Shown here piece after piece: positions 27,955 through 37,871 of a stretch of DNA of 64,000 bases. A program made the position numbers and the translations under genes. Source of the stretch: Deltaproteobacteria bacterium (lineage in GTDB: Bacteria > Desulfobacterota > GWC2-55-46 > DRQE01). The notes beneath the pieces were generated by a model, which worked only from the letters and a program-made list of their open reading frames with translations, ran no database searches and was not told the DNA's origin. The stretch covers positions 2,959-66,958 of the forward strand of contig WGEY01000088.1 in the NCBI GenBank assembly GCA_015492495.1, read 5' to 3'. Each line of letters starts with the position of its first letter. The first letter of the stretch is position 1.

Positions 27955-29808
27955 ATGCGCCGTCCTCATGTGTTGCTCTTATTCCTCGTCCTTTTGCCCG
28001 GGACGCTCCTGGCAAAGGACGTGCCTTCACGTAAACACGCCTACGGTCCCGGCGGTGTATACAACTACCAGCTCTCCTTATACAACTTCCTGACGGGCCG
28101 CTACACCTCTCCCCCGCTCCCTACCGGCCTTTCCATCGAAGCCCCCGATCCTCCGGATGTAGATATATTCTACCCGCTTGCAAGGCTTCCGGAGCTTCAG
28201 AGGGTTTACTTCGCCAGACGATACCAGAACTTCGTTACCGGAGATGGTGCCGGAGACAGGGTGCCGCATCTGGTGTGGCTAATGGACGGGCTCTACAGGG
28301 ATGGTGGTCACGAATACCTGTTGACAGTGGCGGACGGGAATGCGGATGAGGCGGATGCTGCCGCTTACTTCAGGGGGATGAGCCTCCTGAGGCTGAACAG
28401 AACGAAGGAGGCCGTAAGGGAGCTTGCGCTGGTGCCGGAACAGAGCGGCCTCTATCCCTACGCAAGGGTGGCGATGGCACAGATCCATGTTATGCGCAAG
28501 AACTTCGACGCCGCTGAAGACGAGCTCAGGCGCATAGCTTCGCCCAGGTATGAGGACCTCTCCGACAGGATATCGATACTTCTCGGCAAGGTCCTTTTTG
28601 AAAAGGGAGACTTTTCGACCTCGCTTCTTGAGTTCATGAAGGTCCCACACTCAAGCCCGTACTACAAGGACGCATTGATGGGAATGGCTTGGAGCCTCGT
28701 AAAGCTCGGCTCCTTCGAGTCTGCCATACCCCTTATAAAGGAGATGAACCCGGTTCCGCCCTACAGCAGTGAGGAGTGGGAAGGCCTTGTCATGCTCGGC
28801 TACTGTTATCTTAAGCTCGGCAGGTTCGAAGAGGCCTCGGTGCACTTCAACGATCTCTTGGATGCGGTAGCCGAGGAGAAGGACGGGCTTGAGCGGATCA
28901 TGGCGGATGAGTCCACCCCCGGACGCTACCTTGACTTTCTTCTCGGAACCGAGCCTCCGCCGGGCTCCACCCCGCTTACGGAAGAGGAGAGGTTCTATTA
29001 CTCCATGCTCGTGGAGGATACCGTTTCAAGGAGGCTCGCAGACGAGTACGCTGTACTGAGGGATACGATCTCCGCCCTGCGCGCGAGAATCAGGGATATA
29101 GAGCAGATACGGACCTATCTGATGAACATGATAAAGGATATGGAGGACCTTTTCTTCGAGGTCGACATGGAGACGAGGTTCATCAAGAGGATACTGCAGA
29201 AGATAAGCAGAAAGGCAGAATACGGTGTAAGGGGGGCAGCCGGCATCCTGGAGGAAAACCGCCTGTTCTTTGCCAACGTGGAAAAGGAGCTGTACAGGCA
29301 CTGGGCCATGATAAAGAAAAGGAAGATCAGCGATGCAGAGAAGGAGGTCGTAAGGCTTCTTCTCTACGAGGGCGGCGAGGCTCTCGACTGCACCACATCC
29401 CCGCTCATATGTACCATAGTCGACATGGCCGAGTCTGAAACATCCTCGCTGAGCGGGGAAGACCTGACCAAGCTGAAGAAGGTAATAAAGGTGCTCGAGG
29501 CCATTGCAAAGGACCTTGCAAGCGTGCGCAACGGCGAAATGATCGAGTACGAGAGGGAGATAGAGGAACTCAGGGCGTATACGCGGGCCATGGTTGAAGA
29601 TGCGTGGGATGTTATAGGACAACTCGAGGCGTTGAGGAAGAGGATAAAGGTGGCCGTCATAAAGGCCGACAACGACGCACGCACGAGGATGGAGGCCATC
29701 CTGGCCGGCCTTGTGAAACAGAGGCTCGAGGAGGTCAACTACGAACTTTCAAACTTCAGGGCCTACATCATGACAGGGCTTGTAAACTCCCAGCGCGCCC
29801 TGGAGTAG
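27955..29808 (+). CDS. secreted TPR-repeat protein with coiled-coil C-terminal region
   Basis: ATG 27955 follows an AGGTGAG RBS. Signal peptide MRRPHVLLLFLVLLPGTLLA. TPR-like helical repeats. Confidence 0.7.
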   Translation: MRRPHVLLLFLVLLPGTLLAKDVPSRKHAYGPGGVYNYQLSLYNFLTGRYTSPPLPTGLSIEAPDPPDVDIFYPLARLPELQRVYFARRYQNFVTGDGAGDRVPHLVWLMDGLYRDGGHEYLLTVADGNADEADAAAYFRGMSLLRLNRTKEAVRELALVPEQSGLYPYARVAMAQIHVMRKNFDAAEDELRRIASPRYEDLSDRISILLGKVLFEKGDFSTSLLEFMKVPHSSPYYKDALMGMAWSLVKLGSFESAIPLIKEMNPVPPYSSEEWEGLVMLGYCYLKLGRFEEASVHFNDLLDAVAEEKDGLERIMADESTPGRYLDFLLGTEPPPGSTPLTEEERFYYSMLVEDTVSRRLADEYAVLRDTISALRARIRDIEQIRTYLMNMIKDMEDLFFEVDMETRFIKRILQKISRKAEYGVRGAAGILEENRLFFANVEKELYRHWAMIKKRKISDAEKEVVRLLLYEGGEALDCTTSPLICTIVDMAESETSSLSGEDLTKLKKVIKVLEAIAKDLASVRNGEMIEYEREIEELRAYTRAMVEDAWDVIGQLEALRKRIKVAVIKADNDARTRMEAILAGLVKQRLEEVNYELSNFRAYIMTGLVNSQRALE

Positions 29809-29863
29809 GTATGGACGGATGTTGGAGCGCTGTGATCGAATATCATCCCGCCTGATCCACCGT

Positions 29864-32656
29864 ATGGGCTGGTGCATGTTGGTGGTCGTGCTCGCTGTCT
29901 TTGCGACCTCATGCAAAACCGTGGAGACCGTGCCGGTCGAGGAGCCCGTGGGACCGCTCGCTGTTTGGGGGGATGGAGATCCGTGGCAGACCATGATAAA
30001 GGAGTGGGAGGATTACATGGCCCTCATGGAGCACGATGAAGAGCTCTCCGTCGATACCATACTCCGCTTCACCGACGGCTACCTCGACGCAAAGGATGTA
30101 CTTTACAGGAGGCAGGTGGAGGCCTATGAGAGGGCGCTCGACCTCTACAGAAGGGGGCGTCTGGAGAGGGAGCCTGTAGCCCCGCGCAAGGATTATTCGA
30201 AGCTTATCAGGTACTTCAGCATCTTTTCAAAGCGTTACAGGGACGTTCACGGCGCCGACGCCATACTTTACGCCCTCGGCTACGGACTCCAGGAAGAGGG
30301 ACGGCTGGACGACGCCGCCGAAGTTTACGAGGAGCTTGTAAGGGAGTATCCGCGAAGTTCCTACTTCGCCGAGGTCAACTTCAGGCTCGGAGAGTTCTAC
30401 TTCGATACAGGCCGTATGGCCGAGGCGCTGGAGGCTTATTCGAGGATACTTGCGCACCCGGTGTCGGAGTTCTACGACAAGGCCCTTTACAAGCTCGGCT
30501 GGATATACTACAAGCTCGACGACCTCGCAAAGTCCGTAGACTCCTTCCTGAAGGTTGCCGACCTCATCGACGAGGCTGACTACGACCAGGGCGGGCTCCA
30601 GGACGAGGCGCTTTCCGGTGCCGTGATGAGCCTGAGCAGGTACAGGGAGGTCTCAGATGCGGTGGGTTACCTCGAGGAGCTGTCTGACAGGGGGTACGCG
30701 CGGCTGCTGTACAAAAGGCTTGCCTCGAGGCTCCTGCACGAGACGAGGTACAGTGCCGCGATATCGGTGTACAGCTCCTTTGTGGAGCTCTTCCCTGATG
30801 ATGGAGAAGTTCCGTTCATATACGGCAAGATGGCGGACCTCTACGAGAGGATAGGCGATAAAGACGCCTCCCTGGAGATGAAGTTCCATCTCGCCCGCCG
30901 CTACAACAGGGCGACCGCCTGGTACAGGGAAAACCATCCCGGCGGCTCGGAGAGGCTGGACAGCCTTGTTGCCTCCGCCACACTGTCGGCAACGAGGGCG
31001 TACTACAAGAGGGGGAAGAAGTCCAAGTCCATGAAGGACCTCGGCATGGTGATCGAGGGGTGCCGGTTGTTCCTGCTGTCGTTTCCGGACCGCACCCGTG
31101 AGTACAGGGAGGTAAACCTCATGCTCGCCGAAACGCTCTTTGATGCGAGGATGTATGCCGAGGCCGTTGATGAATACGTGAAGGCAGCGGCACTTTATCC
31201 GAGCGGCAGGAAGAAGGCCGATATAGCCTACTCCGCCTTTCTCACCTACGAGATCATGTTCTACCGCTCCAAGGAAGGACACAGGGAGAGGTTCATCGCG
31301 GGCGCTGAGAGTGTGCTGAATGCATACCGGGAAGACCTTTCGGCCCACGGTAGCCTCGAGAAGGCGCTTTACAAGCTTTCGGACATGTACAGCGTGGCAG
31401 GGGCCTATGCAAGGGCGAGAGAGGTCATAGAGCCTCTTGTAGAAGGCAGAAGGCCGATCGATGCGCTCAAAAAGAGCGCGGAGCTCTCCGTGGCCGGAGG
31501 CGACCTTCCATCTGCGGAACGTTTTTATGCAAGGCTTGTCAGGCTTTCCGGCGATCCGGTCTACCGCGAAAGGCTTGCCAGGGTACGCTACAGGATAGCC
31601 GAGGGGCTTCTTGCCGAAGGGAGCTTGAAGGACGCCTCCGTCAAGTTTGACGAGGCCTTCAGGGCCGCCCCGGGGGCAGGGGCCGGAGAGTCCGCCCTTA
31701 TAAAGCTCGCCCGTATTCACATACAGGAGAGGAACATGGACGAGGTCAAAAGGGTCGCAAGGCGCCTTGAAAAGGCCTATCCAAGGTCGAACGCACCGGT
31801 CTCCATCGTAGTAGAGGCTGCGCGTGCAATGGAGAAGGAGGATGCATCGAGGGCCGCGGACCTCTATGAGTATGCCTCAACCCTTGCCCGGGCCGAGGAC
31901 GACTCGTTGAACCTGCTTTTCGCCGCAGGCGTACTGTACGAGAAGGCGGGAGATTACTCGAGGGCCGAGAGCGCATTCAGAGTCTGTGCCGGCAAGAAGG
32001 GGATGGACGCACGGATGGAGACCGAGCTCCTTTTCCGGCTCGGCCGTATCCTGGTTCGGACCGGGAAGAAGAAGCAGGGGATCAGGACCTTGATGCGTAT
32101 CGCCGGGCGCAGGGGGCCTGAGGCTGCCCCGTTTGCGGTAAGGGCTGGGCTTATGGTACTGAACGACAGGCTCGACGAGTATCTGAAAATAAGGCTCGTA
32201 CAGCCCTTCGAGAAGACGCTGAAGAGGAAGAGCGGACTCCTTCAGGATCTCTTGAGCGGATATTCGGACCTCGGACAAAGGGCCGGCAGCCATGCACCGG
32301 AGCTCCTGCCGGAGATATTCTTTTCTATGGGTATGGCCCTCGAGGACTTCAGGGACTCGATACTCACCTCCCAGAGGCCGGCCGGTCTTACACGCGACGA
32401 ACTTGAGGAGTACAGCTTCCAACTCGAAGAGATGGCCTATCCGTACGATGAAAGGGCGGTCGGTGCGTACGAGAAGAGCCTTAAGGTCGGTGTGGCGCAG
32501 AGGATATACGACGAGTGGTTCGAAAAGAGCCTCGAAAGACTTGCAGATCTCAGGCCGGCGTTGTATAAGAGAAGTTTTGATGAAGAGATGCCGAGCCCTG
32601 TGTATGTGCATGAATGGGCGACAGGGGCCGTGGCCATGGGAGGGGGAGGGGAATGA
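29864..32656 (+). CDS. large TPR-repeat lipoprotein
   Basis: MGWCMLVVVLAVFATSC carries a lipobox. Many TPR-like repeats (about 930 aa). Confidence 0.7.
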   Translation: MGWCMLVVVLAVFATSCKTVETVPVEEPVGPLAVWGDGDPWQTMIKEWEDYMALMEHDEELSVDTILRFTDGYLDAKDVLYRRQVEAYERALDLYRRGRLEREPVAPRKDYSKLIRYFSIFSKRYRDVHGADAILYALGYGLQEEGRLDDAAEVYEELVREYPRSSYFAEVNFRLGEFYFDTGRMAEALEAYSRILAHPVSEFYDKALYKLGWIYYKLDDLAKSVDSFLKVADLIDEADYDQGGLQDEALSGAVMSLSRYREVSDAVGYLEELSDRGYARLLYKRLASRLLHETRYSAAISVYSSFVELFPDDGEVPFIYGKMADLYERIGDKDASLEMKFHLARRYNRATAWYRENHPGGSERLDSLVASATLSATRAYYKRGKKSKSMKDLGMVIEGCRLFLLSFPDRTREYREVNLMLAETLFDARMYAEAVDEYVKAAALYPSGRKKADIAYSAFLTYEIMFYRSKEGHRERFIAGAESVLNAYREDLSAHGSLEKALYKLSDMYSVAGAYARAREVIEPLVEGRRPIDALKKSAELSVAGGDLPSAERFYARLVRLSGDPVYRERLARVRYRIAEGLLAEGSLKDASVKFDEAFRAAPGAGAGESALIKLARIHIQERNMDEVKRVARRLEKAYPRSNAPVSIVVEAARAMEKEDASRAADLYEYASTLARAEDDSLNLLFAAGVLYEKAGDYSRAESAFRVCAGKKGMDARMETELLFRLGRILVRTGKKKQGIRTLMRIAGRRGPEAAPFAVRAGLMVLNDRLDEYLKIRLVQPFEKTLKRKSGLLQDLLSGYSDLGQRAGSHAPELLPEIFFSMGMALEDFRDSILTSQRPAGLTRDELEEYSFQLEEMAYPYDERAVGAYEKSLKVGVAQRIYDEWFEKSLERLADLRPALYKRSFDEEMPSPVYVHEWATGAVAMGGGGE

Positions 32657-33588
32657 AGCCTTCGAGGTTTTTTGTTTTGTTGGCGGTCATTGTGATACTC
32701 ATGGCAGGCTGTGCCGTGCCGCAGAGGCCTCCCCTTGAGCCGGAGAGTAGCAGCGTGCCGGATGAAGCACCCGGCACCCGGTTGGTATTCGAGGTGCAGG
32801 GCGGTGAAGAAGGCGACGGGATCCGTAAGGGGACGGCCGACGGCACGGACGCCGATCTTGTGGCTGCCATGGATCGCCTGAAGAGGTCCGTGTCGCTCGA
32901 GCCCGGAAGGTGGGACGTGCACTACGACCTCGGACTTCTATACATGAGGCTCGATGCGCTGGATATGGCAATGGCGGAGTTCCGAAAGGCCCTTGAGCTC
33001 AAAGGGCCTCCCTCCAAGGTCTATAACGCACTCGGTACGATAAGCAGCTCCATGGGGAGAAAGAGCGAGGCCGTGGAGTTCTTCAGGAGCGCCCTCACGC
33101 TGAAGAGGTCGCCTGCGGTGCTGATGAATCTGGCCAATACATACGTGTCGCAAGGGCTTACGGACAAGGCGCTCGGCTACTACAAGGAGATAGAGTCTAT
33201 GGACCCCTCCAATCCACTGCTTCATTACAACATCGGCATACTCCTGTACAGGAGCGGAGAATACGAGGAAGCACTCGAGCACTTCGACACGGCCGTTGCT
33301 TACGGCAGGAAGGATGTCAGGACGTTGTCTGCGAGGGCGCAGGTACTTTTGAAGCTCAGGAGGTACGAGGATGCGCTCGATGCCTTCGAGGAGTTGAAGC
33401 TCATGGCCCCGAAGGATCCGCTCCCCTACAGGAACGCTGGAGTGATATACGAGATGTATCTGGGTGACATGCAGAAGGCCCTTGACAATTATAACGCCTA
33501 TATAGACATGAAAGGCAATGATGCCGGAGATGTCAAGGTCTGGGTCGAGGTCGTCAAGGCGAGGCTTGCTTCGGGAGGCGGACGGTGA
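32653..33588 (+). CDS. TPR-repeat lipoprotein
   Basis: ATG 32653 follows GGAGGGGGAGGGG. MKPSRFFVLLAVIVILMAGC carries a lipobox. Canonical TPR repeats. Confidence 0.7.
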   Translation: MKPSRFFVLLAVIVILMAGCAVPQRPPLEPESSSVPDEAPGTRLVFEVQGGEEGDGIRKGTADGTDADLVAAMDRLKRSVSLEPGRWDVHYDLGLLYMRLDALDMAMAEFRKALELKGPPSKVYNALGTISSSMGRKSEAVEFFRSALTLKRSPAVLMNLANTYVSQGLTDKALGYYKEIESMDPSNPLLHYNIGILLYRSGEYEEALEHFDTAVAYGRKDVRTLSARAQVLLKLRRYEDALDAFEELKLMAPKDPLPYRNAGVIYEMYLGDMQKALDNYNAYIDMKGNDAGDVKVWVEVVKARLASGGGR

Positions 33589-33890
33589 AGGCAAGGATAC
33601 CCGTGTCGGTGATAACTGTGTTTCTTTTTGTCGCTTTTGTGCTGTTTGCGGCGATGGGTGCAGGCGCGTCTACGGCCGGTCCGCAGGAGCGTAATGAGCC
33701 GGTTGTGATACAACGCATCATAAAGATAGAGGGTACCGTGGAGAAGCCGAGGGTGCTGTTCATAGTGCCCCGGGCGAGGCTGTGGAGAGGGGGCTTTTTG
33801 AACAAGTCGTTCGTGTCGGATATACTGGCTCCCGTGTACCCTGAATCATTGATAAAAGAGGGAGGACCAGCATCCCGTAAAGGAGGTTAG
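33585..33890 (+). CDS. small secreted/membrane-anchored hypothetical protein (101 aa)
   Basis: Overlap-coupled (ATGA). N-terminal TM/signal sequence VSVITVFLFVAFVLFAAMGAGAS. Confidence 0.45.
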   Translation: MKARIPVSVITVFLFVAFVLFAAMGAGASTAGPQERNEPVVIQRIIKIEGTVEKPRVLFIVPRARLWRGGFLNKSFVSDILAPVYPESLIKEGGPASRKGG

Positions 33891-33896
33891 CACTCG

Positions 33897-34535
33897 ATGG
33901 AAAAGATAGCGTTGTTCTTCAGGGACGGCGGGGTGTTCATCAACTTCATCCTCGTCGTCTCTGTGGTTGGCATGGCCATAATCGTCGAAAGGGTCAGGTT
34001 CCTCGTCTTCAAGTATAACGTGGATGGAAGGGCGCTCTGGGAGAAGATCAGCGGGCTCATCCATGAAGGGGACAAGCAGAGGGCGCTTGAGCTCTGCAAG
34101 GATACCAGGATCCCGCTCATGAGGATACTGAACAAGGGTATCTCCGCCTCTGGAGGATCGGAGAAGGACATACAGAACGCGATAGACGAGGCGGCGCTTG
34201 AGATAATACCTACCATAGATAAACGCGTGGCCTATCTTGCCACCTTGGCCAACGTGGCCACCCTGCTCGGGCTCCTAGGAACCATCCAGGGTCTCATACA
34301 GGCCTTTTCGGCCATAGGCGCGGCCGATCCCTCACAGAAGGCTACCCTCCTGGCGAAGGGCATATCCATAGCTCTTTACTCCACGGCCGCCGGCCTTGTC
34401 GTGGCCATACCGATGCTGGTCATGTACACGGTGCTCAAGGCAAAGGCACAGAAGATCATAGACGAGATAGACGAGTTCTCGGTAAAACTCATAAACCTTC
34501 TCAGCAGGCGTAAGGATGGCTTACAGGCCGAGTAA
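33897..34535 (+). CDS. exbB: MotA/TolQ/ExbB-family proton channel
   Basis: 212 aa. RBS AAAGGAGG. Three TM segments; conserved ...LATLANVATLLGLLGTIQGLIQAF... region. Confidence 0.85.
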   Translation: MEKIALFFRDGGVFINFILVVSVVGMAIIVERVRFLVFKYNVDGRALWEKISGLIHEGDKQRALELCKDTRIPLMRILNKGISASGGSEKDIQNAIDEAALEIIPTIDKRVAYLATLANVATLLGLLGTIQGLIQAFSAIGAADPSQKATLLAKGISIALYSTAAGLVVAIPMLVMYTVLKAKAQKIIDEIDEFSVKLINLLSRRKDGLQAE

Positions 34536-35010
34536 GAAAAGGCGTCATCATGTGGAGGGGATGGACCTGAACATCATTCCGCTCCTGAACGTCTTCGTGA
34601 TCATAATCCCCTTCCTGCTTTTGACCGCGGTCTTCGCCAGGACGGCTATCATAGACATCCTGCTGCCCGGTGAATCCGGGGCCGCGGCCTCTACGTCACC
34701 GGCCGAAGAGGGCCGTTTCCTTACCGTAAAGGTGACCGGAAAGGGGTTCCGTCTCGGCGGTATCGGCAGGGGACGCTTCATTCCCAAAAAGAACGGCAGG
34801 CTCGACTTCGAGGCCCTTACGGACCGGCTTGTGAAGCTCAAGGACAGGTATCCCCAGGTCGAGGAGGTGGCCATACTCTTCGACCCCGACGTGTCGTACG
34901 ATCTCGTAATAAAGGTCATGGACTCTGCGAGGGAAGCCTATACAGTAAAAGACGGAAAGAGGATAAGGCGTATACTCTTCCCGGTCGTGTCTCTCGGAGA
35001 GAACAGGTAG
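34516..35010 (+). CDS. exbD: ExbD/TolR-family biopolymer transport protein (copy 1)
   Basis: 164 aa. Basic N-terminus, single TM segment (LNIIPLLNVFVIIIPFLLL), periplasmic domain. Confidence 0.8.
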   Translation: MAYRPSKKRRHHVEGMDLNIIPLLNVFVIIIPFLLLTAVFARTAIIDILLPGESGAAASTSPAEEGRFLTVKVTGKGFRLGGIGRGRFIPKKNGRLDFEALTDRLVKLKDRYPQVEEVAILFDPDVSYDLVIKVMDSAREAYTVKDGKRIRRILFPVVSLGENR

Positions 35011-35014
35011 GATC

Positions 35015-35509
35015 ATGCCGCTTCCACCATCGAGGAAAAAGCGCAGGAACACAAGGCTCGGTACGGCGACGCTCTCGCTTACGGCGTTGATGGACGTCTT
35101 CACCATAATACTCCTGTTTCTTCTAAAGAGTTATTCGGCCGAGGGCGACATACTGGCGGCCGACCCCAGGCTCAAGCTCCCCCTGTCCACATCCACCGAG
35201 CCCCCCAGGGTAAGGCTGCTCGTTCAGGTGACCCCGGACGACATCATAGTGGATGGAGTGAGGATCACCGGGGTCAGGGATGCGCTTTCCGGCAAGGGGC
35301 TCCTCATAAAACCCCTCTACAAGGAGCTCAATGCACAGGCCAGAAAAACGGAGTTCATTGCAAGGCGGAACCCGGCCGTGAGGTTCACCGGGGAGCTGCT
35401 CATCCAGGGCGACAGGAGCATACCGTTCAGACTGCTTGAAAAGGTCATGTATACCTCCGGACAGGCCGGTTACAACGGAATAGCGCTGGCGGTGATTTCC
35501 CGTGAGTAA
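35015..35509 (+). CDS. exbD: ExbD/TolR-family biopolymer transport protein (copy 2)
   Basis: 164 aa. RRNTRLGTATLSLTALMDVFTIILLFLL... Confidence 0.8.
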   Translation: MPLPPSRKKRRNTRLGTATLSLTALMDVFTIILLFLLKSYSAEGDILAADPRLKLPLSTSTEPPRVRLLVQVTPDDIIVDGVRITGVRDALSGKGLLIKPLYKELNAQARKTEFIARRNPAVRFTGELLIQGDRSIPFRLLEKVMYTSGQAGYNGIALAVISRE

Positions 35510-36908
35510 AAAGGTCTTCTACGTATCAATCCACAAGGAGGGCAAAGCCCCTATGGAGGTACGCCCGGGGAGGCACCTTACCATAGGTGAGTCGTACGAC
35601 TGCGATATAGTGGGTGCGCTCCCCGGTGTCAAGGCCCGGCGTTTCCGCCTCGTCCAGAGGTCGGGCTCCGGTCATTACCTGAGGATACCCGAGGGTTTGA
35701 AGGGAACCGTAAACTGTGCGGGGAAGATCCTGTCCATCGAAGGCCTCGTTGAGCTCGGCCTCCTCAAGAAGAGGAGGGGGGCCTACATCTTAAGGCTGCC
35801 GAGGGACAAGCAATGCACCGTTACGGCGGGGGACATGACCATCACCATGGGCTACCGGGAGGAGGCCCGGCCCCAGGCCGTCGCCGTGCGCATAGACGGT
35901 TCGCTCAAGAGGGCATGGATATCCAGGGAGGACTACTCCTTTCTGACGCTCCTCGTAATATTCGCGCTCGTACACTTTGCAACGGTCAATATACTCCATA
36001 CGATAGAGGTCAGTAAGCCCGAGCCCATTACAGCCATCAAGAAGATGCCTCCCAGATTCGCAAGGCTCATCTTGCAGCCTCCTGAAGAAAGGCCCGTAAG
36101 GAGGACCGTGTCCAGACCGTTTACGGGAGAGGTGGACAAGGGTGGGGCCGATGGCCCTGCAGGCCGGAAGAAGGCCGGCAAGGGCAAACCGGCAAAGGCC
36201 GTGGAAAAGCAGAAGTCCACGGCGGTCGCGAAAAAGGCCGTACCTGTCAAGAAGTCGCTCAAGCAGAGGGTGAGGTCAAAGGGCCTCTTGGGGGTGATAA
36301 CGGCCAAGTCCAGGCTTGCGGTCGTGCCGGCCGACATATTCGAGAAGGCGGATACCGCAATCAAGGATATCAGCAGAACCAGAAGAGTCGGCAAGGACGA
36401 GGTCGACAGTATCGTATCCTCGGTGTCCAGCAGGTTTGCAAAGGCTGAGGTCTCATCCGACGACGTCGCCCTCGCGGTGCCCGAGGTGAAGGGCAAGGAT
36501 ACTGGAAAGCTGCTTACGGAAAAGAAGAGGGTGAAGCTGCTCAATGACGACGGAGGCAGCGGGGGCAAGGGCAAGGGGACAGGCAAGGCCAGGATATCAA
36601 AGGCCGAGCTCAGGCTGAGGGACGAGGCCGAGGTCTACAAGAAGGTTCGTGCCTACATAGGAGGGCTCAAGTACATATACAACAACGCCCTCAGACACGA
36701 CCAGACGCTTAAGGGCAAGGTCACCGTGAGGTTCGTCATAACGCCCGAGGGCAGGGTCAGGGATGTGGTGCTTGTTTCCGCAAGCCTTAAATCATCCGAG
36801 GTGGTGGATAAGATCTTGAAAAAGATATACAGGTGGAAGTTCTCGAGGCTCAAGAGCGGAGAGGACTTCTCCATCACCTATACCTTCGACTTCTCGCCGG
36901 TCGGTTGA
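35502..36908 (+). CDS. TonB-family energy transducer with about 130-aa N-terminal cytoplasmic extension
   Basis: 468 aa. TM segment FLTLLVIFALVHFATV, then a Pro/Lys-rich spacer, then a C-terminal TonB-like domain (LKGKVTVRFVITPEGRVRDVVLVSASL...). Confidence 0.7.
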   Translation: MSKKVFYVSIHKEGKAPMEVRPGRHLTIGESYDCDIVGALPGVKARRFRLVQRSGSGHYLRIPEGLKGTVNCAGKILSIEGLVELGLLKKRRGAYILRLPRDKQCTVTAGDMTITMGYREEARPQAVAVRIDGSLKRAWISREDYSFLTLLVIFALVHFATVNILHTIEVSKPEPITAIKKMPPRFARLILQPPEERPVRRTVSRPFTGEVDKGGADGPAGRKKAGKGKPAKAVEKQKSTAVAKKAVPVKKSLKQRVRSKGLLGVITAKSRLAVVPADIFEKADTAIKDISRTRRVGKDEVDSIVSSVSSRFAKAEVSSDDVALAVPEVKGKDTGKLLTEKKRVKLLNDDGGSGGKGKGTGKARISKAELRLRDEAEVYKKVRAYIGGLKYIYNNALRHDQTLKGKVTVRFVITPEGRVRDVVLVSASLKSSEVVDKILKKIYRWKFSRLKSGEDFSITYTFDFSPVG

Positions 36909-37110
36909 TAACGGTCTGAAGCTCTGCGTGGAACTTTGCCGCATGGTGTGCGGAGGGGCGATCTTCGGCTGAGAGTGAGAAAAGAGCAACCCTCCTTTCT
37001 TCAACCAGCGAAGCTTCTTGCTTCGGCCGGCGTCACGGCACATGGACTGTCGGCTTCATGTCCTGAAGCCTCTCAGTGTTTCCCCGGATTTGCCGCGGCC
37101 GAGCCCTGGC

Positions 37111-37569
37111 CTACTTGTACTTCAGGTGTGGAACCGCATTTGCGGGTTCCGGTACGCTGCCAGGCTCTTTTGTCCACCTCTTCACCGCTTCGCGGTCGGT
37201 ACCGTCGACTACGTTCATATGCGGGGCGGATGCCGGTAGCGGCTCAGAGGTCTTTTCCCATACCGCCTCCAAGACACCGCTTATGTCGCTCAGGACATCT
37301 TTGGGCTTGAACTTCAACACGTTGAAGCCCTTTGATCTGAGCCAGTTGTCCCTTCTTTTTCTCTCTATCTCGTTTTCCGTTCCGGACGGCGTGGAGTCGA
37401 CCTCCACCACCAGCCGTTTTTCGTGACAGACGAAGTCCACGATGTAGTTTCCTATTCGTTCCTGTCGCCTGAAACTGAGCCCCTTCAACTGCATTACACG
37501 CAGGTATCGCCACAAAAGCAGCTCCGCTTCTGTGGGCCATCTGTCTGCATCCCTTTTCAAGAGCGTCAC
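37111..37569 (-). CDS. DUF559-type (Vsr-like) endonuclease-domain protein
   Basis: 152 aa. ...IGNYIVDFVCHEKRLVVEVDS... Confidence 0.65.
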   Translation of the reverse strand: MTLLKRDADRWPTEAELLLWRYLRVMQLKGLSFRRQERIGNYIVDFVCHEKRLVVEVDSTPSGTENEIERKRRDNWLRSKGFNVLKFKPKDVLSDISGVLEAVWEKTSEPLPASAPHMNVVDGTDREAVKRWTKEPGSVPEPANAVPHLKYK

Positions 37570-37871
37570 CTCCGTCGGTACCCTTCACCTGATGATTAGA
37601 TATGGCTACGCTTCACATGTCTGAGAAATATGCAAAGTGTATGCCAGATATGCCTGTTTGTAACATCTTGATTTTAATGGGGTATTTCGGGGTGGTTTTT
37701 TGCGCCTTGTTGTTTGCGGCAAAAATGTAAACACTTCCGACACCGGGGTGTCAAAAAATTCCCGTTTTGCGCCGGTAGTATGACGGTGAACGGTACCGGA
37801 CAGGCGCGGTGCACACCCGGCCGTGGCGTAAGCGAAGCAGGCCTCGTCCGGCCGGATTCTCCACCCTTACT

